From: Ostreococcus lucimarinus
Taxonomy: Eukaryota
Assembly: GCA_000092065.1 (NCBI GenBank)
Contig: CP000584.1
DNA: 64,000 bases
Strand: one strand, 5' to 3'
Of the stretch, positions 41,149-52,131 are shown in pieces (position 1 is the first letter of the stretch; the number at the start of each line of letters is the position of its first letter). The notes below the pieces were generated by a model. That model was not told the DNA's origin, did no database searches, and saw only the letters and a program-made list of their open reading frames with translations. A program made the translations under genes and the position numbers.

Positions 41149-44100
41149 ATGACGCCGTCGTCGAACGACGGTCGCGCGAGCGACGAAACGCGCGAAGCGC
41201 CGTCGTCGAACGCGAAAACTATGTGGCGCAAGGTGGCGACGCCGGTGCGGAGCGCGACGAAGATAGCGTCGGCGCTGGTGGGTGGATTCTTTTGGCAGGG
41301 CGAGGACGAGGGCGACGGCTTCGAGGGCGGGGCGAAGGAGAATCGAACGATGGACGTCGGACGAGCGATGGACGAGGAACAGAGCGTGAGAACGCGTGGA
41401 AACGGTGCGGGAGGAGCGAGAGCGGGTACGACGACGACGACGGGGCGGATCGGGGAGGTCGGCGGCGCGACGAGGACGACGCGGTTCGCGAACGAGGCGG
41501 CGGCGGCGGAGACGGCGAGCGATTCGCCGACGCCGTTCACGGAGATCAGGGAGTTCTTGCGCCGAGGACAGATGGATAGAGAGCGAATGGCGCGATCGAG
41601 CGCTGGCGGGGCGTATGGCGAGATTAGTGCGGCGGTGAAGCCGCCGTCGCCGTTTGAGCGCGCGCCGGCGTTTGACGCACACGCGACTCCGGCTCGGGAG
41701 CGTCCGATGGTGGCGCAGATGGCCACGCCCGGAACGACGGGTGTGGGCGCGAGTTCTCCGGGATACGCGTCCGTGCGTCGATCGTACGGCGCGTCGGGGA
41801 CGCCATCGCTTCTCGGTACGCGCGGTCGCACGGCGATAAAACCGACGATTCTGGAACCGCCAATGGAGCAGACGCCAACGCCGCCTCGCGCGAGCTTGAA
41901 GCGTGATCGTGAGCTGACTATCATGGATCTTGAGCGTGAGCGAGCGCGCGTGACGACGCCTCGACGATTGGAGTCCGCCGCGCACAGCCCTGGTCCGGGA
42001 GCGCTGGCGCGAGAGTCTGCGAGTCCGGCGTACCACACTCCCTCCGCCAAGCCAGTGACGAGCGCGGTGACGACGGATACAGCGAAACGTATATTGCAAA
42101 CTTTGGATCGCTTGGCAGGTGCGCGAACGGCGACACCTATGGGTGTCGCAGCGGCGAGACCTTCGTTGTTTGCGACTAGACCCACGCAACCTGTGCAAGC
42201 GCCGTCGCCCGTCGGCGCCGCGTTTGACAAGCAAGTCACGCCGACATCGGCTACCTTTGTTGCGACTCCCAAATCGGGCGTTTCTTTTGCGACTTCGCCG
42301 ATGCCCTTCATCAGTGCATCCTCGTCTGGTCGCGCGCCGACGACGCCGTACCCGACGAGTGCCGAGCCTGAGATTGAGACGCCAAACTTCAAGTTCGGCG
42401 AAGATAGCACCTTGCTCGCCACCGGTAAGAAACCAAAAGCGCCGTCCGGGCCTGTGGCTTCTGTTCCGATAAAGTTCACGTTCGGAGAAGGTCAAACAAC
42501 TCCGTTGTTTACGAAGAAATCCGTCGCCGCGGCGCCAGTGAAAACAACGACGACGGTGCCACCGCCGCCGGCGCAACCGACGGCGGTCACGCAAAAGTCG
42601 GAGGAAGCGCCCGCTGCGAGTAAACCTGTCATGAATCTCTGGAGTGCGGATTTCTTGGCGAAGAATCAAGAGCATCAAAAGAAAGTGCAAGCGGCGATCG
42701 AAGAAGAAGAGAAAGCTGCGAGCAAGCCGCCTGCACCGTCGCCGTTTGCGCCGTCTGCCCCTGCCGGGGACAAGCCGGCGTTCTCGTTCGGTATTCACGC
42801 TGCGAGCAGCGCGCCCGCCCCTAGCACTGATGCGTCCGGGTTTACTTTCGGTTCCACCGCGCCCGCGGCGCCGACCTCGGCGCCGGCCTCGGCGCCAGCG
42901 TTTTCTTTTGGATCCACGGCACCGGTGAAACCAGCGGAAACCACCGAAGTGAAGAAACCGGCGGGAGAGTCTGGTTTACTCGCGTTTTTGGGCGCGTCTT
43001 CGAGCGAAGCTAAAACAGCAAGTGAACCTGCGACTGCGCCCACGTTCACATTTGGCGCGCCACCCAAGTCGCCTGATAATGTGCCCGTGAAAGTACCCGA
43101 TCCTGCGCCCGCGTTTTCCTTCGGCGGCGAAACCAAAGCGCCAGAAAGTTCGAAACCGGCGAGCGCACCGTTTACGTTCGGCACGGCGACACCCGCCGCA
43201 GCCGCGGCGCCGGCGCTGTTTACGTTCGGGGCGAAACCGGTAGAGAAGGCGGCCGAACCAGAGAAGGAAAAATCACAGCTTTCGGCGTCCGCGCCCGCTT
43301 TTTCGTTTGCCGCGGGGTCGAAGAAGGAAGATGAACCGAAAGCGGCGGAGACTGCCAAGCCGTTCACCTTTGGCGCCGCACCGGCGCTGGACGCAACGAA
43401 GCCCGCGGGGGACGCGTTATTTAGCTTTGGGGGTGCTTCGGCGGAGAAGAAAGAAGAACAGCCGAAACCAGCGAGCGGCGGATTTAGCTTTGGGGCCACG
43501 GCGGCGCCCGCGTTCGGAGCTGCATCATCGGCGGTAAAGGAGGACGCCAAGCCCGTGAGCGCGCCGTTTGTGTTTGGCGGTGCGTCAACCACGCCCGCTT
43601 CGAGCGGCGGATTCACCTTTGGTGCCTCTGCGCCGCCAGCCGCACCGGCGAGCGGTGGTGGCTTCACGTTTGGTGCCGCTTCGAGCACTACCGCGGCTTC
43701 GACACCATTCGGCGGCGGTTTAAGCGTGAACACTGGTAAACCCGCGGCGAGCGTCTTCGGTCAACCGCCGAAACCGGACGAGCAACCAAATACCCCTGAA
43801 CCGATGAGTCCGTTCGAATCTAGCAAGTCGCCTCTAGGTGCCGCATCAACTGGTAGTTCCCTGTTCGGTGGTGCGTCCACGAATAGTTTTGCCGCCCCTC
43901 CGGCGAGCAGCGCGCCGTCGACGAATCCGTTTGGCGGCGGCGGCGCGAATCCGTTCGCCGGCGCGTCGGCAGGCGTGACGAACCCATTCGGTGGTGCAAG
44001 CTCAACGCCCGCGTTCGGCGGCGCTGCTGCCCCATTCGGTGGTGCGTCGGCGAGTGCCAACCCTTTCGGCGGCGTTGCCGCGCCCGCACCCGCGGTTCCA

Positions 44101-44226
44101 GCGCCGAATCCGTTCGGCGCCAACCCCGCGCCCGCTGGCGGCTTCTCCCTGGGCGCCGGCGACGAGTCCTCGCAGGGCGGAAGAAAGCCACCGCGCAAGT
44201 TCAAGCGCCCGCCGCCGCGCCGATAA
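41149..44226 (+). CDS. FG-repeat nucleoporin (FxFG/FSFG/FTFG type; >40 FG motifs), intrinsically disordered
   Basis: Repeated ...PAFSFG..., ...FTFG..., ...FGGAS... separated by Ser/Thr/Ala/Pro spacers. Basic C-terminal tail KFKRPPPRR. Start at MTPSSNDG. Confidence 0.8.
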   Translation: MTPSSNDGRASDETREAPSSNAKTMWRKVATPVRSATKIASALVGGFFWQGEDEGDGFEGGAKENRTMDVGRAMDEEQSVRTRGNGAGGARAGTTTTTGRIGEVGGATRTTRFANEAAAAETASDSPTPFTEIREFLRRGQMDRERMARSSAGGAYGEISAAVKPPSPFERAPAFDAHATPARERPMVAQMATPGTTGVGASSPGYASVRRSYGASGTPSLLGTRGRTAIKPTILEPPMEQTPTPPRASLKRDRELTIMDLERERARVTTPRRLESAAHSPGPGALARESASPAYHTPSAKPVTSAVTTDTAKRILQTLDRLAGARTATPMGVAAARPSLFATRPTQPVQAPSPVGAAFDKQVTPTSATFVATPKSGVSFATSPMPFISASSSGRAPTTPYPTSAEPEIETPNFKFGEDSTLLATGKKPKAPSGPVASVPIKFTFGEGQTTPLFTKKSVAAAPVKTTTTVPPPPAQPTAVTQKSEEAPAASKPVMNLWSADFLAKNQEHQKKVQAAIEEEEKAASKPPAPSPFAPSAPAGDKPAFSFGIHAASSAPAPSTDASGFTFGSTAPAAPTSAPASAPAFSFGSTAPVKPAETTEVKKPAGESGLLAFLGASSSEAKTASEPATAPTFTFGAPPKSPDNVPVKVPDPAPAFSFGGETKAPESSKPASAPFTFGTATPAAAAAPALFTFGAKPVEKAAEPEKEKSQLSASAPAFSFAAGSKKEDEPKAAETAKPFTFGAAPALDATKPAGDALFSFGGASAEKKEEQPKPASGGFSFGATAAPAFGAASSAVKEDAKPVSAPFVFGGASTTPASSGGFTFGASAPPAAPASGGGFTFGAASSTTAASTPFGGGLSVNTGKPAASVFGQPPKPDEQPNTPEPMSPFESSKSPLGAASTGSSLFGGASTNSFAAPPASSAPSTNPFGGGGANPFAGASAGVTNPFGGASSTPAFGGAAAPFGGASASANPFGGVAAPAPAVPAPNPFGANPAPAGGFSLGAGDESSQGGRKPPRKFKRPPPRR

Positions 44227-44363
44227 TCCCAACCAGCAAAATCACAGTTACTCGTATGAGTGTTGAAACGAAACGAACGAAAATGATTAGATTCAATCAA
44301 ACGCCGTCGCAACGCGTCGTCCCGCTCGCTTTCGCGCGCGAGAGAGCGAGGGACCGGCACTTC

Positions 44364-45224
44364 ATGACGTCCCGCGCGTGGAGTCCGCGCGTGGGCATCC
44401 GCGCGCCCCCAGAGCGTGAAAACAAACACTTCCACGCGCGTCGTCGTCGCTCGCACGCCTCCGCGTCGTCCTCGCGCGACGACGGCGTCGTCCGCACCGT
44501 GGCCAACGACCGAGAACTCTGGCTGGAGTCCTGGTTCGCGTGCGAAAATCCCGCCGCGTTGCGCGTGTTGGCCGGCATGCCCGTCGCGCAGGTCAACGCG
44601 CGTCGCATCGGTGCGCTGGACCCGGTTTCTAAAGTTTGGATTTGCGGCGGCGCGACGCTCGGGACGTTGTCCGCGGGCGCGCGAGGCGGCGGCGGCGACG
44701 CGTTCGTGCGCGAGCTCTGCAAGGTGGCCGGCGTCGAACATTTTGCCGTCGAAGACGACGATGGACGCTTGCCGTTACATCACGCCGCGGCGTTCGGACG
44801 CGAAGAAATCGTGCGCGCGCTGGTGGAGCTCGGATGCGACATCGACGCCCGAGACGAAAGCGAGGGGAGCACGGCGTTGATATTGGCGGCGTATTTTGAA
44901 CGCGCCGATGCCGTGGACGCATTGCTCGATCTCGGGGCTGATTTCTCGATCCGCGATGATGGGAACGTCACCGTGGGTGGACATCTGGCGCAACGGAAGA
45001 TGCGACCGCAGTTGTTGCGAGTGATGAAAGAGAGCGGTCCCGGCGGTCCTGGACGGTTGAAGCGCGGCGATAAATCTTACTTGGTCAAGCGACGTGCGCT
45101 GCAAAATGAACTCTCGGCGCTCGACGTGGACGATCTCTTAGAGTTGTCTCGTCACTGGGGCGTGCGCGGCGCGCCGGCGGAGAAAAAGAAGCTCATCGAG
45201 GCGTTGCTCGCGCGCACGCCGTGA
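44364..45224 (+). CDS. Ankyrin-repeat protein (canonical ANK: GRLPLHHAAAFGREEIVRALVELGCDIDARD, STALILAAYFERADAVDALLDLGADFS)
   Basis: ANK consensus. Start at MTSRAWSPRV (first ATG). Begins <150 nt after the nucleoporin stop. Confidence 0.6.
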   Translation: MTSRAWSPRVGIRAPPERENKHFHARRRRSHASASSSRDDGVVRTVANDRELWLESWFACENPAALRVLAGMPVAQVNARRIGALDPVSKVWICGGATLGTLSAGARGGGGDAFVRELCKVAGVEHFAVEDDDGRLPLHHAAAFGREEIVRALVELGCDIDARDESEGSTALILAAYFERADAVDALLDLGADFSIRDDGNVTVGGHLAQRKMRPQLLRVMKESGPGGPGRLKRGDKSYLVKRRALQNELSALDVDDLLELSRHWGVRGAPAEKKKLIEALLARTP

Positions 45225-45486
45225 GATCGTAGCGACCGCGGCGGTTAGTCATCGCCGCCGCGACTCCGGAACCTACGGCGCGGCGAACGCGCGCTCGCGT
45301 CGGTTAGACTATAGCAGAATTATACAGTGGTGTAGCAGAAACAATAGTCCACAGCCCGAAAGCCAGAGGCGCCGTCGACGCCGTCGTCGTCCGTTCGCGT
45401 TCGCGTCGTCCCGCCGCTCCGCGCGTCTCCTCCGCATTCTCCCGCGCGCGCCGTCCGCGCGCCGCCGCGAGTCGGCGCGCGCGACG

Positions 45487-48276
45487 ATGCACGGCGTCAC
45501 CGCGTCTCCCCGCCTCGTCGTGCTCTACGCCTTTGTCGTGCACTTGATTTTCGTCTACGCCACGTTTGACGTGCACTTCCAGTCCCCGCTCGTCGCCGGC
45601 GTCGAGCGCGCCGACGCGCGACTGCGCGCGCCCGCGAGACGATTGGTGATATTCGTCGCCGACGGCGCGCGCGCGGACGCGGTGTTCGACGAAGCGCGAG
45701 GCGCGGCGCACGTGCGAAGTCGCGCGCGCGGCGGCGCGTGGGGCGTCTCGCACGCGCGAGCGCCGACGGAATCGAGACCGGGACACGTGGCGCTCTTGGG
45801 GGGGTTCTACGAGGACCCGAGCGCGATCACGAAAGGATGGAGCGCGAACCCGGTGGAGTTCGATCACCTGGTGAATCAGAGTAACAACGCGTGGGCGTGG
45901 GGCGCGCCGAGCGTGGTGCCGCTGTTCGCCGACGGCGTCGACGGAGCGAGACGGTTTTGTTACGACGAGACGCTGGAAGATTTTGCGAGCGCGAACGATC
46001 ACGGGGCGTTAGATGAGTGGGTGTTCGACCGCGTGGTGCGGTTTTTAGAGAGTAATGGGGTGGAAGGCTCGAGCGAGAGCGACGCGCTGGACGGCGACGG
46101 GAACGTGTTTCTGTTGCACTTGCTGGGCTTGGATTCGAGTGGACACGCGCACAAACCGCATTCGAGCGAGTATTTCGAAAATATTAGGATAGTAGATGAA
46201 GGTGTTCGCAGAGTGGAGGCGGCGTTCGTGGAGAGGTTTGGGGATGATGGAAAGACTGCTTTTGTTTTCACCGCCGATCACGGAATGTCGAATAAAGGCG
46301 CGCACGGCGACGGCGATCCTGGGTGCACGGAAACACCGTTGGTGGTTTGGGGCGCGGGTGTCGCCAGTGGGTCACAAAAAGTCGCGGGAGCGTGTCGTGG
46401 GACGCCCGAAACGCCGAAGGATTGGGGCATGGATCCCGAGACGAGGTGCGACGTTGATCAAGCCGACGTCGCGCCTTTGGGTGCGACGCTCATTGGATTT
46501 CCACCGCCTCGTCACAACTCGGGCTTGCTCCCCAGCGCGTACTTGAGCGATAAACCCGAAGATCTTAAGTCGTCCGCGATGATTGCGAACGCCAAGCAAT
46601 TGCTGGCGCTTCACGATCTCAAGGCGTCGCGCACTGCAAAGCGCGCGCTCAGCGCTTTGTTTTCTTTCAAGCTCCACCCAGATATGATTAGCGTCTCATC
46701 GCAAGTCGCGGAGTACGAGCGACTCGACCGGCTTGGTCGACACGACGACGCGACACGCGGTGCAAATCAAGTCGCGCGCGCGTGTTTGAGAGGGTTGGAA
46801 TATTTACACACGTACGACCGGGCGCTTTTGCAAGCCGTCGTCGTGTCGTGTTTTGCGACGTGGATGATTTTACTTGCAGTCAATTTGCTTCCGCGAAGAA
46901 AAGGGGAATGCGAAACGCCGACTGGTATACCGTTGACGCTGGCGCTGATTTATGCCGGTGTCGTGAGCGTGATTCTTCTGGCCCGCCGCGCGCCGCCCAC
47001 GTACTTTTTGTACTTCGGTCTCCCGGCGTATTTTTTGTTGGGTATCGTGAACACGCTTTCCGCTGTGAAAATAGAAAGTATCGCCGACATTAGCTTACTG
47101 AACGTCGGTATTTGTCTTGTCGGCGCGTTTGCGGTGGCTGAAACGATATGTAACGGTTTTCACGATCGCTTCGTGTTTTCATACGCGTTTGCATTCGGGT
47201 CGGCGCTTTTAGTCGCACTCGCGATACGCTTGCTGTTTCGTCGAGATTTTGACAACGCTACACGTGCCGCTGTGATGGCTATCAGCACAGCTATGTTGGC
47301 GCCGTTCACCATGCTTTCAATTGAGCTGGAAGCGAACACGGAGATGATCGTCTCAGGATTGCTTGCGAGTGCGCTCCTCGGCACCACGACGCACGTTTTG
47401 ATTCGGCCGCTTGATATTTTTCAGGACGACGCCGTCGACAGGGAAACTAAGCGCCGACCGGGTCAGACTGTTTTCGCGTTGCAAATATTAATGGTTCTTA
47501 CTACTGGCGTATTGGTGACCGCCGTCGACGGTTTACAGCGCGACAAGTTGCCCGTTCCAACGTCTATGCACGCCGCATCGTGGATCGTCGCGTTGATGGC
47601 ACCCATCTTGCCCATGTTTTCACCACCGCGAACGCTGCCGCGAATGATTAGTGTGTTCCTTGGGTTTGCATCGACGTATGGACTGTTCTCCGTGTCGTAC
47701 GAGTCCCTGTTCTACGCTTGTCTCGGGTTTTGTCTTCTTTCGTGGATGATTCTGGAGCGCGGCTTACAAGCGCCCTCACCGGCAAAGTCCAAAATGTTCA
47801 CCCGTACCATCATCCCGAGCGATCTCCGCCACGCCGCTATGTTCTTATTTCTCATCGATGCAGCCTTCTTCGGCACGGGCAATATCGCATCCATCGCATC
47901 CTTCGACCTCAGCAGCGTCTACAGATTCACCACCCGCTTCAACCCGTTCCTCATGGGCGCGCTCCTCGTCCTCAAGGTATTACTCCCCATGATCACCGTC
48001 GCCGCCGCCTTTCTCGTCGTCTTGAAATCCTCCCGCGTTCCTGCGTTCGAGTCGTACTTCATGTTTCTCATCTTGAGCGACATCATGGCTGTCAGATTCT
48101 TCTTTCAAATCACCACCGTCGGCAGTTGGCTCGACATCGGCTCGAGTGTGTCGCGTTACGCGTTGATGGGAACGCAAGTCGTCACCATTTTACCATTCTT
48201 AGCCTTGGCCCAGATCTTCACGCGAGCTTTGCCCGTGAACGGGCGTACCGCAATCATTCGCACCAAGCGCGATTAG
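45487..48276 (+). CDS. PIGN: GPI ethanolamine-phosphate transferase 1 (PIG-N / MCD4), alkaline-phosphatase-like lumenal domain plus polytopic C-terminus
   Basis: VIFVADGARAD, SHARAPTESRPGHVALLGG, LHLLGLDSSGHAHKP, FVFTADHGMSNKGAHGDG blocks match the PIG-N family. 929 aa, ~14 predicted TM segments. Confidence 0.88.
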   Translation: MHGVTASPRLVVLYAFVVHLIFVYATFDVHFQSPLVAGVERADARLRAPARRLVIFVADGARADAVFDEARGAAHVRSRARGGAWGVSHARAPTESRPGHVALLGGFYEDPSAITKGWSANPVEFDHLVNQSNNAWAWGAPSVVPLFADGVDGARRFCYDETLEDFASANDHGALDEWVFDRVVRFLESNGVEGSSESDALDGDGNVFLLHLLGLDSSGHAHKPHSSEYFENIRIVDEGVRRVEAAFVERFGDDGKTAFVFTADHGMSNKGAHGDGDPGCTETPLVVWGAGVASGSQKVAGACRGTPETPKDWGMDPETRCDVDQADVAPLGATLIGFPPPRHNSGLLPSAYLSDKPEDLKSSAMIANAKQLLALHDLKASRTAKRALSALFSFKLHPDMISVSSQVAEYERLDRLGRHDDATRGANQVARACLRGLEYLHTYDRALLQAVVVSCFATWMILLAVNLLPRRKGECETPTGIPLTLALIYAGVVSVILLARRAPPTYFLYFGLPAYFLLGIVNTLSAVKIESIADISLLNVGICLVGAFAVAETICNGFHDRFVFSYAFAFGSALLVALAIRLLFRRDFDNATRAAVMAISTAMLAPFTMLSIELEANTEMIVSGLLASALLGTTTHVLIRPLDIFQDDAVDRETKRRPGQTVFALQILMVLTTGVLVTAVDGLQRDKLPVPTSMHAASWIVALMAPILPMFSPPRTLPRMISVFLGFASTYGLFSVSYESLFYACLGFCLLSWMILERGLQAPSPAKSKMFTRTIIPSDLRHAAMFLFLIDAAFFGTGNIASIASFDLSSVYRFTTRFNPFLMGALLVLKVLLPMITVAAAFLVVLKSSRVPAFESYFMFLILSDIMAVRFFFQITTVGSWLDIGSSVSRYALMGTQVVTILPFLALAQIFTRALPVNGRTAIIRTKRD

Positions 48277-48357
48277 CTTAACTTGTCTATAAATCGCGAC
48301 TCGCGACGCACGACGCGTTCGCGCCGCGTTCGCCGTCGCCGCCTCACAATCAGCCTC

Positions 48358-49857
48358 ATGAGCCGACCTTACGCCAACCCGGCGCCACCGTCCGGGGACC
48401 CCCCTAAAACGAACGATGACTTTAGGGCGATGCTTTTAAGCGGCAAATCGCGCGAGCAACCGCGCGGCGGTGCGAAAAAGTCGAAAAACTCGTCGAAAAA
48501 GCCACACGAAGTTCGAGGAAAGAATTCGTCGCGCGCGGACGAGGACGCGTACAGAGACCGCGCGCGCGAGCGGCGCGAACGCGGTGACGATGCGAATGAC
48601 GCTCTGGACGGCCCAAGCGCGGAAGCCGCGCTCGGACGCGAACGTGGGGTGTTCGAGCGGGAAGACGCGGCGACGCGCGGGGACGGGACGGCGACGACGA
48701 CGGAGTACGCTCGAATGAAAACGATTGAGGAGAGTAAATACCTCGGAGGAGACGTCGAAAGAACGCATTTAGTGAAAGGATTAGATTTTGCGCTGTTGAA
48801 TAAGGTTCGGAGCGAGATTAAGGACACGAAGGCGATGGAAGATGAAGAGCGGGTGGCCGCGACGGCGGAACGAGAGGGCGGGAAGCCGAGATTTACAACA
48901 GCTTCGGCTCGAGCGATTTATGAGTTTATGAGGAATGGATCGAAAGCAAGCGTGCGTGGGAAAGCGCATAACATAGCAAGTGGTGCGGTAAGTTATAGTT
49001 TTGATTTAGCGGCGAACTCGAGGCGAGATGTGCCGACGACGTTGCACAAGGCGACGGACGATGACGGCATGGCGGGTGTGCGCGCGCTTCGAGCGTACGT
49101 CGATCCCGCGAAGGATGCGTCTCTTCTCGTGCGTTTGGGCAAGTTGATGCACTACTTGGCGCTGGGTTCTACCAACGCAATCAAGAAATTTCGACGGGAA
49201 GAGCGAAGAACGGCGGCGGAAGAGGCGAAGGCGAAGGCTGAAGCGGCGGCGCGCGCCGCGCGCGTCGACGCGCCGGATGCGGCGCCGGGAGACGCGTCGA
49301 GCGACGAAGACATCTTTGCCGATGCGGGAAAAGATTACGAACCGACGTACGAGAAAAAAGAGGATACGGCGGCGAGTGATAAAGATGCGACCGCGTCGCG
49401 GGCAATTTTTGGTAACGAAGCGAGTGCGCCCGCGCCCAAGGCGAAGCAAATCGCCGCCGACGACTACGTCGAAGAGGAAGACGAAGACCGCCCCGTCAAC
49501 GCCTTCGCGTCGTTCGGTGATTACGACGAGTGCTACCCCGGCTACGATGTCGACATGGACGACACCGGTGGTTTTGACAAGCGCGGCGATAAGGGCAACG
49601 CCGACGGCGAAGGCGCGAGCGAAGAAGCGGCGAAGAAGGACGCGCTTCGCAAAAAGCGTCAACTCGGCAACGAGTTTAGCAAAATCCGCGCGCTCGTCAA
49701 GGACAAGTTCGGCGAAAAAGACGACGTTGCGTTCGAGGACGAATCCAAAAAGTCTAAAGCCCCCAAGCAAACCGCCCCCGCGGCTTCGAAGGAGAAACGA
49801 AGCGACGACACCGATGGCCGCGGCGGCGGCGGCGCTAGAAAAAAGCTTCGCTTGTGA
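48358..49857 (+). CDS. IK: Protein RED / IK (SMU2-like spliceosomal factor)
   Basis: NDDFRAMLL, YRDRARERRER, ESKYLGGDVERTHLVKGLDFALLNKVRSEI (cf. human EDFRKLL, KYRDRAKERRDG, ESKFLGGDMEHTHLVKGLDFALLQKVRAEI) and C-terminal GDYDECYPGYD block. Confidence 0.8.
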   Translation: MSRPYANPAPPSGDPPKTNDDFRAMLLSGKSREQPRGGAKKSKNSSKKPHEVRGKNSSRADEDAYRDRARERRERGDDANDALDGPSAEAALGRERGVFEREDAATRGDGTATTTEYARMKTIEESKYLGGDVERTHLVKGLDFALLNKVRSEIKDTKAMEDEERVAATAEREGGKPRFTTASARAIYEFMRNGSKASVRGKAHNIASGAVSYSFDLAANSRRDVPTTLHKATDDDGMAGVRALRAYVDPAKDASLLVRLGKLMHYLALGSTNAIKKFRREERRTAAEEAKAKAEAAARAARVDAPDAAPGDASSDEDIFADAGKDYEPTYEKKEDTAASDKDATASRAIFGNEASAPAPKAKQIAADDYVEEEDEDRPVNAFASFGDYDECYPGYDVDMDDTGGFDKRGDKGNADGEGASEEAAKKDALRKKRQLGNEFSKIRALVKDKFGEKDDVAFEDESKKSKAPKQTAPAASKEKRSDDTDGRGGGGARKKLRL

Positions 49858-49867
49858 TACCACCATG

Positions 49868-50659
49868 CCTGCGTCCGCACATCGAGCCCCCATGACCGCG
49901 TCAACGCGCGCTCGATCGCACGTCGACTTTTCGCGACGCTTCGCATCGCTTCGCGCGCGCGCATCGACGAGCGCGCGCGCGTCCGCTCGCGAAAGTCCCG
50001 CGAAAGTGCAACTGGAGATGTCCCAGTGCTTCGCTTTGGTCGAGCGTCACGGGCGCGGTGCGGTGTATCTGGGCAGCGCTCGCGTGCCCGAGACGCACTC
50101 GCACTACGCACGCACGCGTGAACTCGCGAAGGACATCGCGACGTTACTAGACTGCACGACGTGGTCCGGTTTAGGTCCCGGGCTCATGGACGCGGCGACG
50201 CGCGGCGCCCTCGACGCCGAACGCGCCGCCGCGGGATTCATGATCCTCCTCGAAGCGGGCGGCGCGAGACAAGAGACTCGAGAGCATCCATATTTACCGC
50301 GCGAGTGTTACCTGAACACGAGCTTCTTCAGCGCGCGTAAGCACGGATTGGTGGACGCCGGCGTGCGCTCCGCGCTCGAAGAAAAGACGTGCTTCGTCGC
50401 GTTACCGGGCGGCGTCGGTACCCTGGACGAAATCTTCGAAATCTTAGCGCTTCTACAGCTCAAACGCATCGGCACAAGTCATCCCGTGCCGTTCATCGTC
50501 ATGAATTACGATGGATGTTACGACGGGTTGTTGGAATTTTTAAGGCGCGACATGGTCGGATACGGCGCGCTCGCCGAGAACGAGCTCGCCCCGCATTGGA
50601 TCGCGTGCGACACGAACGAGCAAGCCTTAGCCCACCTTCGCGATTTCTACTCAATTTAG
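49868..50659 (+). CDS. LOG: LOG-family cytokinin riboside 5'-monophosphate phosphoribohydrolase (Lonely Guy / TIGR00730-like), transit-peptide-like N-terminus
   Basis: GAVYLGSA...GPGLMDAATRGALDAERAAAG...CFVALPGGVGTLDEIFEIL match LOG motifs (PGGxGTxxE). Minimal conserved start at MSQCFALVERHG (~50021). Earliest ATG lies only ~10 nt after the RED stop. Confidence 0.75.
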   Translation, partial: PASAHRAPMTASTRARSHVDFSRRFASLRARASTSARASARESPAKVQLEMSQCFALVERHGRGAVYLGSARVPETHSHYARTRELAKDIATLLDCTTWSGLGPGLMDAATRGALDAERAAAGFMILLEAGGARQETREHPYLPRECYLNTSFFSARKHGLVDAGVRSALEEKTCFVALPGGVGTLDEIFEILALLQLKRIGTSHPVPFIVMNYDGCYDGLLEFLRRDMVGYGALAENELAPHWIACDTNEQALAHLRDFYSI

Positions 50660-50975
50660 AGCGCTTTCTTTCCTCGTCTCTGCGTCTCGAGCGCGTCGTC
50701 GGCGTTCGCGCGAGGTTCGCGACGCCGTCGCCAACCGTCCCCGACCGTCCCGGCCGCGCGTCGTCACTCATCGCCGCGTCCGACGCGTCGTCGACCGCGC
50801 CGATCGCGAGTCACGCGAGTCACGCGCGTTTCGTCGTCTTCCATCGACGCGCGACGCGCGTTCGCGACGCGCGACGCGCGGTAATCGTCGAATTCCAACC
50901 AACCGACCGAATCCGACGCGGACGACGCGACGACGGCGCTCGACGCGCGCGCTCGGACGGCGCGGACGCGCGCGC

Positions 50976-52011
50976 GATGGCGGAAGACGCGCGCGGTGAC
51001 GATGCGTTCGACGACGCGGACGCGGCGCTGCGGACGCGGGCGATGTACGTCAAGGTGAAATTCGCGGACGCGCGCGGCGACGGCGACGGCGGCGAGGGAC
51101 GGCGACGAGGCGACGGCGACGGAGGCGCGGTGATCGCGCGGTTTCGCGACGCGGGCTCGAGGCATGGGAAGACGGGCGATGGAAAGAGCGCGCGAAGCGC
51201 GTCGTCGATTCGCGTCAACGGTGCGGCGGTGGCGAGTGGAGAGGCGGAGATTACGTTTCGACGCGAACGCGAAGGGGCGTGGATGAGCATGGATGAGGTG
51301 CGCTTCGTCGGGGACTTTGATTTTGAGCTCGCGCTCGATCGAGAGATGTGGGCGATGGGGACGGGTCGAAAGAATGAAGACGGCACGTGGTCGATGGTGA
51401 TGACGCCCGGGGCGTCGCTGACGCGAACGGTGTCGAGAGAGGCGGAGCGGGTGTTTTACGCGGCGGCGGGCGCGCTCCCGAAGTCGCCGAAAACCGCGGA
51501 GTGCCGGGTGGAGTTCGGCATCGTCGGGATGTCTCAAGATGAACGCGTGTGTTTGGTGAATCAGATCGATCTACCGTTGGAGAAAGTTTTAGGGCGCGCG
51601 CAAAAGCGTATCGCACCGGTAATGGTGGGCGAGACTAGCGCGATGTTGCCCGCGATCGACGAGCACACTGGAATATCGACAGCTTCTGTGAGCGTCGACG
51701 CCGTCAACGCCGCCGCGAGGCAGCACCACAAGACGCACTGGTCCTCGTTTCTCGATCGAGGCGATATGGATAATCTTGCCATACTGAGTAAGATGCGACA
51801 GCGATACGAGTCCATGATGGACTATCAGGACGATTATCCCGCCGATCCCGTCAAGCTGAGCTGGTTTGACGCTTCGCTTCGTTTGGGCATCGGCGTCGGT
51901 TTGGGCGTAATCTTAGGCGCTGGATTGGGCGTTGGGGTCGTAGTTAATGGATTCCGCACGATCAGCACCAAAAGGCTTAGATCTAATCCGAAAGCCGACG
52001 CAGAAGTCTGA
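50976..52011 (+). CDS. Hypothetical protein with C-terminal glycine-zipper TM segment (GIGVGLGVILGAGLGVGVVV)
   Basis: Start at MAEDARGDDAF. Upstream part of the track ORF is Arg-rich shadow. No recognised domain. Confidence 0.45.
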
Positions 52012-52131
52012 AAAGACGACACCATGTATGCAGCAGCTGTAATCATCACGCATTTAGACGTCTCGCAAAAAGACAACTCGCGCGCGCACGTCAAGACAAC
52101 GGGATATTTTCGATTTAAAGGCTAATTAAAT

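Noticed and set aside
20269-48276. Apparent clustering of glycosylation/secretory genes (ALG9, NTPDase/apyrase, PIG-N, TVP38)
   Set aside because: Separated by many unrelated genes on both strands. Co-location in a gene-dense eukaryotic chromosome is expected by chance, and there is no evidence of co-regulation.
49277-49867. Upstream extension of the LOG ORF (MRRRETRRATKTSLP...) overlapping the RED gene in another frame
   Set aside because: Lys/Arg/Thr low-complexity from an alternative frame of the RED acidic C-terminus. The LOG homology begins only at ~49868-50021.
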